A stretch of DNA of 20,000 bases from Peribolospora baueri. Its lineage: Eukaryota. Below, piece by piece: positions 8,625 to 18,872 of the stretch (position 1 is the first letter of the stretch; each line of letters begins with the position of its first letter). The position numbers were made by a program, and so were the translations under genes. A model generated the notes under the pieces. It saw only the letters and a list, made by a program, of their open reading frames with translations. It ran no database searches and was not told the DNA's origin. Where the stretch lies: contig JAMDHS010000108.1 of assembly GCA_029717555.1 (NCBI GenBank), positions 44,091 to 64,090 on the forward strand, in the 5' to 3' direction.

Positions 8625-11515
8625 TCAGATGCGCGCCGCCTGACTAAGGCCAGTGACCAGAAGGTCCTTGTCGTCCTTAGAATCGCAGTACATGAGGAAC
8701 GGGTTGTGGCCCTCCTCCTCGTAAGCAGGTACGAAGGTGATTTTAAACGAATTGGCCATTTGAATCTCGTCGTAAGCGTCCGTGATCGAGCGCACAGCCG
8801 AGGCGAGGGGGAGGACATCGAGAGGCTTGGTCGTTTCCTAAGACGAGCAAAGGAAGAGGCGGGACATGAATCGCGTTCAGTATTATGACCGCCGTGGCCA
8901 GACGGACAGGGCGGACAAGCACTTACATGTTGATTCTTGTAAAGCGAGAGCTTGTCTTTGTGAAGCTCGAACCATCGTCGCCGCCACATCTGTCGAAAGA
9001 GGAAAATAGGATGAAAAAGGCAGGGTGTCGGTGTGCACGCCGTTTGTAATCGGAGAAGGAGGCTCCGCCAAATTGAGCGCCTAATTCGGAACGCGGCTGG
9101 CGGACGAGAAACTCACGATCGAATTACCGCCTTGGACCGTGACACTGCCGGTTAAGAGCACCTTGTCGTCCGCTGAATTATCGACGACCATGGCCTTGAA
9201 CCGCTGCTGGAGCGCGGCCCTCTCCTTCTCCCTCCTATCCTCTCTCTGTTTTTGCTCCTTCTCCAATCTCGCCTTCCTCTCCGCCTCCTCCCTGATCCTT
9301 CGCTCCTTGTCCTCCTTCTCCCTCTCTCTGCGCTCAATCTCCAACACCCTCTCCCGCTCCGCCCGCTCCAGCCGCTCCTTCTCCTTGCGCGCCTCCTCCG
9401 CCCGGCGCTCCTCCTCCCGACGCAGTCTCTCTGCCGCTTGCCGCCGCGCCTTCTCCTCGCTCTCAAGCCGACTGCGTTCGAACGCGTCCAGACGCTCCCT
9501 CTCCGCCCTCTCCGCCGCCCACCTTCGCCTCGCGTCTTCCTCCGTCGCCCTCCTCTCCCTCTCCTTCCGCTCCGCCTCCTCCAGTTCGAGACGCAAGCGC
9601 TCCTTCTCCGCGACGTCCGCCTCTTCCGCTTCCGCACGGAACCTTTCTTGCTCCTCCGCTTGCGCCTGCTTCAAACCGTATTCCCTCTGGATGCGCATCG
9701 CGCTCGTCTCGCGAGCGTGACCCGGTCGAGCGCCCGCGTGCCCGTGACGAGGCTCCGAGTCGTCTTGGTCGTCTTCGACTGGTGGGGCCGGCAGCTGCTT
9801 GGACTCTTGCTGAGGTCGGTGACCGGGAGAGAAGGGCACGGGCGGCGGAGGCGACCACGGCGACCGCGGCGAAGTCAAACCAGACAACCTCTCTCTCTCG
9901 CGCACCTGCTTGTGAATCCAAGGCTCGCCCTCCAGGTCCGAGGCGTCGTAGCGGTGACGTTGCCCGTAGCTTGGCGGAGAAGCCGTCGACGATCCGGCGC
10001 CCCTCGCCCCAAACTCAGAACCTACTCCCTGGCCATCGACGCGCCCGTTCTGGTAGTAGCCTTGTTGGTGAACTCTCGGGCTGTGCTGAGGAGTATTGCC
10101 GACAATCGGAGAATGGACCGGTGACGGCGACCTGTTCTGTCCGTGAAGATGGCCGTTGGAACCCGTGGCTGCGGCGGAGGGATCAAGAGAGATGGGGGAC
10201 CTACGGCCATCGTTGCCGCCTCTAACCGGCGTTTGAATGGCCAGGTTAGCAGGGCCGGCGACGTGAGAGCGAGCGGATCTCTGAGACGAGAAGGACATCT
10301 GCTGGGCGTGATCGGACGCAAAGAAGTGGTGCGATGCGGCTGCTCTCTCAGCCTCTCTCTCGGCTTCTGCTGCCGCCTGTTGCTGCTGATACGCTTGAGC
10401 GATCCTTTGTGAGTCGCTAGGGGAATGAAGGGGTTGCGGTCGCGGCGATGGAGGAGCAGCGGGATAAGCTGCAGGCGACTGGGGCCGAAATGCCTGAACG
10501 GATCGTCCGCTCTGAGCACCGTTGTAGCTGGCCTGCTGGACGTGGCCGCCCATTGTCGGTGGCACCGGCGACCGCGGCGTACGGGGTGTCCGCGGAGTGA
10601 GCGCACCGGTGTTTGACTCATTGCCCCCGAACTCTATGGTCGGATCTCGCGGCGTTCCGGGCATGGAAGGGGAGTACGAGCCGTCCAATTTCAGTTTTGC
10701 CCGGACCGTCGTCTCGTTCAGGTCGGAAGGATGAGCGGCTGACAAGGTCGCTTGATGTGCCTGATAGAACGCGGCAAGGTAGCTGTAAGTGGGCAAGCGG
10801 CCAAGGTCGGAGAAACGGCGGGAAAGGATATAGCTTACCCTGAAGAGAGACCCCACGGCTCGGCCATGAACGAGGGCTCGAGCTCTTCGGACGCCGCTGC
10901 GAGTGCGAATGGGGACGAAGTGAGTTTTACATTCGGTATATCAAAGGCTCCAACACCGTTCGCCTCCATGCGTCGGCATAGGGAGCCTGTCTAAAACATC
11001 TACCCTTGTTCTGTCAAAGGAGCAAGAGATCTCGCTCGCACTCACCTTACTCCGTCTCCAACGTACGTCACAAGCAGATACCGTCCCTCCACCCTCAAGA
11101 ATCCGAACAGGACTTCATCCGCCAAAGCCTCCTTGAAGCCCTCCAAGCCATTGTATCCGGACGCATAAAGTGAGAGCGTATCGCGCGTGTCTCGGTAGCC
11201 GAGGATGAGCCTGATCGAACGTTAGGCGCGAGACGGAGGAAGACAGGATCGAATTCTTAACGAGAACACGAGGATAGCAGCTTCTCTGTTCTGCCGCTCT
11301 AAGGCGCCCGACGACACTCACCAGTCAAGACTGCCTCCCCTGACAATCTCCTCGCTGTATCGCCGGCGGGAGGGGTGACGGGAAGGATCGGAACGATTCG
11401 ATCAGCCCGGCGACCGACTCGCTCCACTCAGAAAACATACTACAAGACGACGCTCCGCAAAAAGGTGCACTCACTAGGCAGAGACGGCGGCCGGGTCGTT
11501 GAGGTTGCAGCTCAT
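8625..11515 (-). CDS. Putative actin-associated protein: N-terminal ADF-H (coactosin/Abp1-like) domain, Pro/Ser-rich disordered linker, E/R/K-rich helical segment, C-terminal PH domain; exons 11515-11475, 11354-11322, 11210-11046, 10896-10839, 10760-9117, 8989-8927, 8837-8625; about 738 aa
   Basis: Spliced N-terminus MSCNLNDPAAVSAYEEIVRGGSLDWLILGYRDTRDTLSLYASGYNGLEGFKEALADEVLFGFLRVEGRYLLVTYVGDGVSGVRRARALVHGRAVGSLFRAHQATL matches the ADF-H pattern. C-terminus VLLTGSVTVQGGNSIMWRRRWFELHKDKLSLYK...NSFKITF...FLMYCDSKDDKDLLVTGL matches the PH pattern. Six GT-AG introns, all phase-consistent (2217 nt). Confidence 0.85.
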
Positions 11516-11905
11516 GTCTCAACGACTGGACAGCGACAGGGACAGTGCCAAATGGAGAAGAAGGGGATGCGAGCGAAGCGGGTGGCGACCTCCTCCTGCA
11601 ACCGTGGTATTTAATATGCGCCAGTCGATCTAGGGGCGAAGGGTATCGCAAGAGCGGAGCCGAAGCTGGCGAGGCGCCTAGGTATGGTGTTGGTGGATAA
11701 GCTGGGAGGAGATGGGGTGGGTCGTGCGACTAGAGAGACCGTGCGGTATAGGGACAGCAGCCTTTTCGCAGTGACTGCGACGCGACAAAGGTGCGAGGTT
11801 GGGTCGTGCGGGGCGGAGAAGGGATGGACGACGGCAGGTAGATAGAGAGGGGATAGGAGGGGTGCAGAGGAAAGGGTGAGGGGCAGCTAAAGGGGGGGTA
11901 TGTGT

Positions 11906-11980
11906 GTCGTCGTCTCTGTCGCCGCCGCCGCCGCCGCCGTCGTCGTCGCTGTAGTCGTTGTCGTCGTCGTCGTCGTCGTC
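11906..11980. repeat. Compound trinucleotide microsatellite (GTC)n/(GCC)n upstream of the ADF-H/PH gene
   Basis: gtcgtcgtc tct gtc (gcc)6 gtcgtcgtc ... (gtc)7 read directly. Confidence 0.9.
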
Positions 11981-12910
11981 CTTTGAAAAAAGCCGTCGCC
12001 TTTGGCTGGGCCCGCTGGACTTGGCTAGCGCGGGCTGGAAACCGAGATAGCGTGTTGTAATGCTGATAATAGCATGATTGACTCATTATTAATGGCGATC
12101 CCCCGCCGCGCGTCTCGCTCCTTCTAGACGTCTCGTCTCCGTCGACAGTTAGACAGAACGCCTTTGTCTGTCGCCAGACACACGCCCTGCTTTTTGCCCG
12201 CCCCCACAAGCAAACCCCTAGAGTGCACTCCGCATGCGTCACAAGGTGCACGTGCGCGTGCGCACGACGGGTCCTCGATCTACCTGTCTGTCGAAGCAGT
12301 TGACCCCCTGCCCAACTCCGAGCGTCATGCGCCGCGGACGGCGGAAATCGCTTGCACCCAGCCGCCGGCTCTAGAAGGATGTGCAGTCAAGTCGCCCATT
12401 CGAAAAACAATGTCGATCGAAGCTGGGAAGGCTCTGCTCCAGATGCCAAGCTGCTGCGCTTGGCCTAAATGACACTCGTCGAGGGCAGGGACTTGAGTGA
12501 CGACCCCGCCGTGCTTCCCTGTCAGCGTCCTAGTCTCCTGGTATTTAACTGCATTGGCAACGCGACCGGGTGTTGGCGGGCCGCCGGGCGGATGGCATCG
12601 CCACCATATCTACTGGCAATGTGGCGAGAAGAGGTCATTTCGTCCGCCATGCCGGCGTAACGCCGGCTGCCGGGTGCAATCGACCATGGGCCGAGTCGCC
12701 GTGCCTGCCTCTGGCCTGCAGTTACAACTCTCCCCGGCTAGACATGGCCTTTCTTGTAGATTTGCTGAAACCAGGTCGATCGTCTTCCACGTAACTTGTG
12801 TCCTCTTGAGGAGACCAGGGTTGTAGCCAGCGAGCCGTAGACAACGAGCCGAAACGTCCGTCGCTCCTCGTCTTCGGCCCTAGTTGATCGGGCCTTCCCC
12901 CTCGGCCAGA

Positions 12911-12927
12911 TCTCTCTCTCTCTCTCT
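12911..12927. repeat. (TC)8 dinucleotide microsatellite
   Basis: tctctctctctctctct read directly. Confidence 0.85.
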
Positions 12928-13318
12928 TACGTCACCGAGAACGCCATTTGACACGCACAGAGAATACATCAAGGGCGCTCACATATGAGATAGAGGAGCA
13001 GGGGCATGCGTGAAGACGGGGGCATGCGGCTGTCAAGAGCGAGGCTCGACGGCGAAAAGGTTCAAGACCGCCGCGCCAGGTCACGCGCTTCCCGCGGCTG
13101 ACTGCGGGCACTCTGTGCGACCGTCGGCGCGGATGGCAAGCTAGCTAGAAGGATCGGCGGCGAACAGGGCTCGTACCTAAGTATCCCAGTGCCTACAGCA
13201 GGGCCCCACTTGGCCGACGTATGTTTATACCATGCCCGCCTCTCAGCATGCCCCCTTTTCCCTTCTTCCTCCTCGCACACCTCTTCTTCCTCGTCGCCTT
13301 AGGTAGACCTCGCTCACA

Positions 13319-15750
13319 ATGACCGTCCGCCGTTTGCTCGGCGGCCTTATCGCCTTGTCCGCCGCGTCCGTCGCTTTCGCCGCCGACCCCAACCGGTGGT
13401 GCGGCAAGTAGTGAGTGCGAAAGCGAATTATGGTTTCGACGTTTGCTCCCTGTCCTCCCTAACCGCTGGGCGTGTGTGTGCGCGCTTGGTCGGCCATCTC
13501 ATCCAGCTACAAACAGGGCGCCCCCAATGTTCCACCAGGTGGCCAGTTCGTCTCCCCTTCACCGTCCTCTGAACCTCTTCTCGCTTTCTCCTGCGCACCG
13601 CGCTACTCGCTTTACGCTCACGACGAGAGCTCTGCAGACATCATCGTGGACGCCCCCACCGTCTTCCATCAGGGCTTGGGCGTCGCCATGCCAAGTGACG
13701 GGCTGCCGAAAGGCTTGGACGTAGAGGTTTTCCTCAACGGTGCCGGTGCCGACGACACAAACGGTACGGCCGTGAGCAATAGGTCTGCCCTGGGCAGGAT
13801 TCACGTCGAGCTTGGAACCACGGGCACGCTCGTCCAAATTCCCCTGCAAGCCCTGCCGGCACGCACGGACGCGTACAGCCTGTCCTGCGTCGCCAAGGCA
13901 CCCGACGCCTCCAACTTCACCGTCACCAGCGATTTCTCCCTCCGTCATCTGCCTGCAAATCCCAACGGAGATGGGAGCACCGTACGCATGGACTGGCTGA
14001 TGGGCACGGTGGGTGTGCGAAAGGGCGGCAGAGGTGCCCAGTGGACGAGCCTGGGCGTTCCGTTCGGCTTTTACGCCTCGTTCTCCTACTTGATCGGCAA
14101 CTTGAGCCTGCTAGATGAGTATGCGGCCACTGGCATGAACATGATCCACCTCGAGCCGGACTATGGGTCTACCTCTGATTTGGATCAGCTATTCAAGTGA
14201 GTGACCGGCCCTGACTCGAGTCTCGCTGAACACATCTCCTGATTCTTTGCTTGCTACTTGTCCTTCTCCCGCTCCCTAGTCGGACAAACGACCTGGGCCT
14301 CTGGGTCATTTATGACATGCGTAACACGTATCTCAACCTGAGCTCGGTGAAGGAACAGACCGACTATGCCCAGTCCAAGCCAAACTTGCTGATGTGCGTC
14401 ACATCCTTATCTTCACGTCGCCCAGCCGTCACTAACGCCTCGTTTCGGCCGCTGGCATGATGGCCTCTCAGGTGGTATACCGCTGACGAGCCAGATGGAC
14501 AGATGGTGAGCGCCCCCGATTTTCCTGTGTCGTTCGTCCGCTCCTCTCACACTCGCTGGACTTCTCCCACCTAACCAGGACCCGCACAACGCCACAACGC
14601 TCTCTTACGACGCCATTTATGCCCGCGACGGCTTTCATCCCATCTCGTTGGTCCTGAACTGCGAAGACTACTTCTGGTGAGTCCCCGCATCTCGCCTGAT
14701 ATCGGTTCTAGGGCCCGCCCCGCCCGAACACGGGGCTGAACGTCTTCGTCGGTCTTGTATCCTCGTCCGCTTCAGGACGGCGTACACTTCTGGTGCCGAC
14801 GTGATCAGTGAAGACGTCTATCCGGTCGGATTGCAAGGCGATTACTCCAACGTATATCACAGTGAGTCTCTGTACGACGACGATCTGAAGGCAGTGCGTG
14901 TGAATGCCGACGCTTCGTCCTTCCTCCGCCACTCTCCTCTTCGTAGCCACCGTCAACACGACATTCGGCTGCTCGTGAGTTCGAGAGACCTAGGCAGAGG
15001 GGAACGTTCCGTATCAACGCGTATCCCTCACCCCATGCTGTATCCGACTGACGCTCGCCTTCCTTGTTTCCCTTTGCATCTCTCAGCGGTTGCGACGACT
15101 GCTTCGGCTACAACAACCTCTCAGAGCACCCCGCCCGTCTTGCCCTCTTCGAGTCGCGCACCTTCCTCACCGGCCGCACGCGCAACCTCACCACCTGGTC
15201 CGTCCCGCAAGCCTTCGGCGCCTCCGAGTATTGGCCTCGCATCCCCACCGAGGCCGAGTATCTGACCATGAGCGTCGGCGCCATCACCCAGGGCGCGACG
15301 GGCGTGATGCCGTGGTTCTGGGACGGGACGACGCCTCAGACGATGAAGGACGCCGCGAAGACGCTCGCCGGTTACCTCGCCAAGCTCGAGCGGCTGCTCT
15401 GGCGGAGCGAAAGCCCGTCCGCTCTGCTCGGCCTGCCCGACGGCAGCGGCACGGAGGGCGTGTACGCCGGCTTGTGGAGTCTCTCGGGCGGCAGTGGCGG
15501 CGGCGGCGGCGGCGATGGCCACGTCCTCGTGCTCGCCAACACGCTCAACTCCTCCCAACCGTACTCTGTCTCGATCCCGGGCACGCCCGGCGTGCAGACG
15601 CACACGACCCTCTTCGACTCATCCGACGTCAACGGCACCTTCAAGGGCGCCGAGATCGGACCGTCCGTGCGCCCGCAGCAGAAGGGCAAGGGGGCCACCG
15701 TCAGCGGGCGACTGGAGGGCCTGCAGGTCGTGGGATACCAGCTGCAGTAA
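13319..15750 (+). CDS. Secreted, uncharacterised glycoside-hydrolase-like (putative TIM-barrel) protein; exons 13319-13410, 13507-14196, 14280-14393, 14472-14505, 14579-14676, 14776-14861, 14947-14974, 15087-15750; about 601 aa
   Basis: Signal peptide MTVRRLLGGLIALSAASVAFA. Motifs WCGKYY, PFGFY, GMNMIH, WVIYDMR, NLLMWYTADEPDG, HPISLVLNC, ADVISEDVYPVG, GCSGCDDC, WSVPQAFG...YWPRIPT; several N-glycosylation sequons. Seven GT-AG introns phase-consistent (1806 nt). The GH assignment is my inference from the WYxxDEP pattern. Confidence 0.8.
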
Positions 15751-15760
15751 TATACCTTTT

Positions 15761-16270
15761 TGTCATGGATGTGACCATCCAGACACCAGATGCCAAGCCT
15801 CGCACGTCGTACGTCGTGTCGTCCACATGTGCCTGGGAACTCCAGTATCAGCATCGCCACGCCTTTTATAGCGCCACTCCCTCGTGGCCCAGCATCGCCA
15901 TTCCTTTATCGATAGCGCCACCCCCTCGTGGCGGCCATTCCGTCATCGACACCGTCATTCCCTTGTGTCATTACGTTTCCCTTGTTCGCTCTCCGCGTTT
16001 CCCCTTGCGCCCCTGGCTACATGGCTTGGCTTGGGGCCGCAAATGTATTTAAAGCCGAGGTTTCTGAGTCCATCGCTCCCTCTTCTCCTCAGAAACCTCC
16101 CTATAAAATTAGTCACAACACTCCCCGATACGAGCGCCCCTCGTATACAACTCAGAACTCGTCCCTTTCCTTGATCACCTTCTACGTGTGTGGTCCGTTT
16201 GGCTGAAGGATTAGGGATACCGACTGGCTTACCAGGGCGAGCGCCCTGAGACCGGGTTGGTTCCTGACAA
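15761..16270. mobile_element. Probable solo LTR (about 510 bp) of an LTR retrotransposon
   Basis: Starts TGTCA (15761) and ends TGACA(A) (16265-16270); flanked by CTTTT at 15756-15760 and 16271-16275 (target-site duplication, with one extra A after the terminal CA). Internal degenerate tandem repeats, TATA-like TATTTAAA/TATAAAA, no convincing ORF. Confidence 0.55.
15849..15969. repeat. Degenerate tandem repeat, about 41-44 bp, 2 clear copies plus a decayed third
   Basis: cagcatcgcca...ccttt...atagcgccac(t/c)ccctcgtggc at 15849 and 15890; third partial copy ccattccgtcatcgacaccgtcattcccttgtgtc. Confidence 0.75.
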
Positions 16271-16641
16271 CTTTTTCCGTACGAGCCACCAGGGTCACGG
16301 AGCAACGAATGACGACGCCCAGCCACTTGAAGTCTTCTAGGCCATGATGACCCGCACTCCAAGATCACTGAGCGAGCCACCTCCTTCGTTCAGGGAGCGT
16401 CTAGCCATCTCAGACACAACAAAGGCGCCGACGGGGAGAGGGTTTCGTGAAGTAAGAAGCGCGAACAAGAGACAAAAGAAGGATTCCTTTTTCTCCGGAT
16501 GGTTTGGGGATTTTATCGGGCGGTGTTCTGAGGCGTTCTGCACGGGAGACATGCTGCAAGCCAGCCGAGGCGGGCCTGGGCGCGAAGTATGATTGCACGA
16601 TCCCACCCGTTGGGTATTATTGGCAAAATAGGATCGATCGC

Positions 16642-18872
16642 CTAAGCCGGCACAAGCTTGTAAACCTTGACGCCGTGCGAAGGCACCTCGGCCGCCGGCA
16701 AGTGTCCCTCAAAGACGCCAACCGGTTGGTCCGTGTTCTTCCACAAATCGAACGCCTTCCACTTGGCGCTCCACGCCGACTTACCCTGGTCGACAAAGAC
16801 GTCCTTGAAATCGGCGGCGATGGACTGCGTCTTCGGCGACGTGTTGAGGAGGGCGACGACGTACGAACTGAATGAAGAGAGAGGACGGCGAGAAAGCCGC
16901 TCAATAGTGTGCAACACGGCACGGCTAGAAAATCCCCACCCGAATTCGCCGTTCATCTGGCGAAATGGCTTAATCACCTGTTCACAAGCCCGCCCATCCA
17001 GAGTTGGATATCACCTTCTGCAGTCCCGTTAGGGCTCTTCTTCCAGATACGAACAGCAGGGGAGCCCTTAGGGTCCTGCGAGATGTCGATGATGCGCTTG
17101 TTCTTGATGATAGAGCGGGTCTCATCCGTCTATTGGAACATTGGAAGAGCGCAGGTTAAGTCAGTCCGAGGAGCATGAAGAGCGTGAGCGAGCAGGTAGA
17201 CAGAGACGTGCAAATCACCATGTTGGTCACGTCGTTGCCGAGGGTGAGCGGGCTCTTGAGCAGAGCCCACATCGAGAAGTGGGTCACGTACTCGTCGTAC
17301 GTCATGCCACCGTTGCCGATCTCGAGCCTGCAAGGGACACCAGGGACGGCGACGACAAAGAGACGTGAGAAAGGATGTACGCAAAAATCAAGGGTGAGGC
17401 GCGCTGAAATCTGAAACACATTATGACGATGCCATCCCATCGCTCACATGTCCAAATCATTCCACTTTCCTGGTCCCGCCTTCATCCCGAGCGGGCTGGC
17501 CCTGTCGATGATCGAAGTGACGGAGCAGTGATAGCCCGGCAACTTGCAGTCCATGCCCTCTTTCATGGTCTGACAAGGACAACGGTCGTCCGGTCGGTTG
17601 AAGTTGCTGTGCGAGTAGACGAGCACGACAGAAGCGGAAAGTGAGAAGACGAGATATGTTACCGGGGGATAAACACAAGCTAGACGACCAAGTCGCCGTC
17701 TCAGGAGATGCTCCGATTTTCGGAGCAAAGCGAAACGGTACATTTCCTTGAGGGCCACCACCGAAGTGGCCCTCAAGGAAATGTACCGTTTATAGCTTCG
17801 CTAAAATGCACTCACTCGTAAATATCCCCGCTCATCCTCCAACTGTGCGCAATCTCCGTAGCCCAGTTCCAAGGACCGTCCACGCCCCAGTTGCACAGCT
17901 CGTACACCATCGGCCTTCCGGTCTCATTGAGGGCGATAGACATGTTCTGATACCGTTGGAACGAGACCAGCGGTGTCCCCTCGCGGCCTTGGCTATCGAA
18001 AGTCGGACCAAGATAGGAATCACGCTTTCGTCATCAGTACGGGTAATTCAACTTGACTGGACGAGGCGAGGCACCGGCGGTGATGAAGATCAACCCACTT
18101 GTAGCAATTATCGTACTTGAGGAGGTCGATCCCCCAGCTCGCCCAGGTGCGTGCGTCGACGGCCTCCATGTCGAGGGAACCGACGTGACCGCCGCAGGTT
18201 TTGGTGCCGGCAGAAGAGTAGATGCCAACCTTGAGACCAAGCGCGTGAATCTGGTCAGTCAGATTCTTGATTCCGGACGGGAACCTGCGCCGGAAAATGT
18301 CAACGACAAAGGGCAGACATGACTCTGTATAAGATCGCGTTACATAGACCGCGCTTTCCCTCGAGAGAAAAGTACTCACTTTACAGGGTCAGCCTGCAAG
18401 ACACCGGTACCCTTGTCACGTTCGGCCGCCTGCCAGCAGTCGTCGATGCCCACGTATTTCTGAAGACGGAACAAAGAGTCACCACGTACCAAATGAACGT
18501 GTCAGTCGCGCAATCGTTGGTCGCAGGCGTAGGCAAACTCAGTCTCACGTAACCCAGCTTGTCCAATCCTTCATCGACGATGGCGTGAGAGGCGCGAAGG
18601 ATGACGGTTTCGTTGATGTTGCAGCCATAGTGGTTCCAGGTATTCCTATTCGAAGCGACGTAGCGCGTTCGTAACATCAACCGGGCCATTAGCTGATGGG
18701 ACGTGCATCCGTGAGCAGGCCATTGGACTCACCAGCCCATCTGGGGCGTCCGCGCAAGACCATTGTCGTACGCGCTTGCCGTGCCATCGAGAAGAGCAGG
18801 AGCAAAGAGGGCGACGGCCGCCGCGATCAGAGGCGACCTGATGGCTTGCGGAAAGGTCAAAGCGCTTGGCAT
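16642..18872 (-). CDS. Secreted alpha-galactosidase (melibiase), glycoside hydrolase family 27; exons 18872-18733, 18645-18549, 18459-18380, 18284-18099, 17992-17816, 17606-17448, 17327-17219, 17129-16978, 16867-16642; about 441 aa
   Basis: Signal peptide, then [32 protein letters not shown]...[11 protein letters not shown], nucleophile motif LKYDNC, acid/base motif [22 protein letters not shown]...[12 protein letters not shown] and a C-terminal beta-sandwich ending HGVKVYKL. Eight GT-AG introns phase-consistent (1326 nt). Confidence 0.95.
17733..17791. repeat. Perfect 26-bp inverted repeat with 7-nt spacer in intron 5 of the GH27 gene
   Basis: aaacggtacatttccttgagggccac (17733-17758), caccgaa, gtggccctcaaggaaatgtaccgttt (17766-17791). 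Confidence 0.95.

Noticed and set aside
9139..10124. Long Ser-rich and Leu/Arg-rich plus-strand ORFs (193 and 290 aa)
   Set aside because: Antisense to the low-complexity E/R-rich exon of the ADF-H/PH gene.
11730..12830. Several 60-170 aa ORFs in the divergent intergenic region
   Set aside because: Driven by microsatellite and GC content, no motifs, and no consistent exon chain.
15860..15872. GCCTTTTA resembling U5 snRNA loop 1
   Set aside because: Not the full GCCUUUUAC, no closing stem, and it lies in a tandem-repeat unit.
15090..16052. 320-aa Arg-rich ORF
   Set aside because: Alternative frame of the last GH-like exon running on into the putative LTR; composition typical of an off-frame GC-rich sequence.
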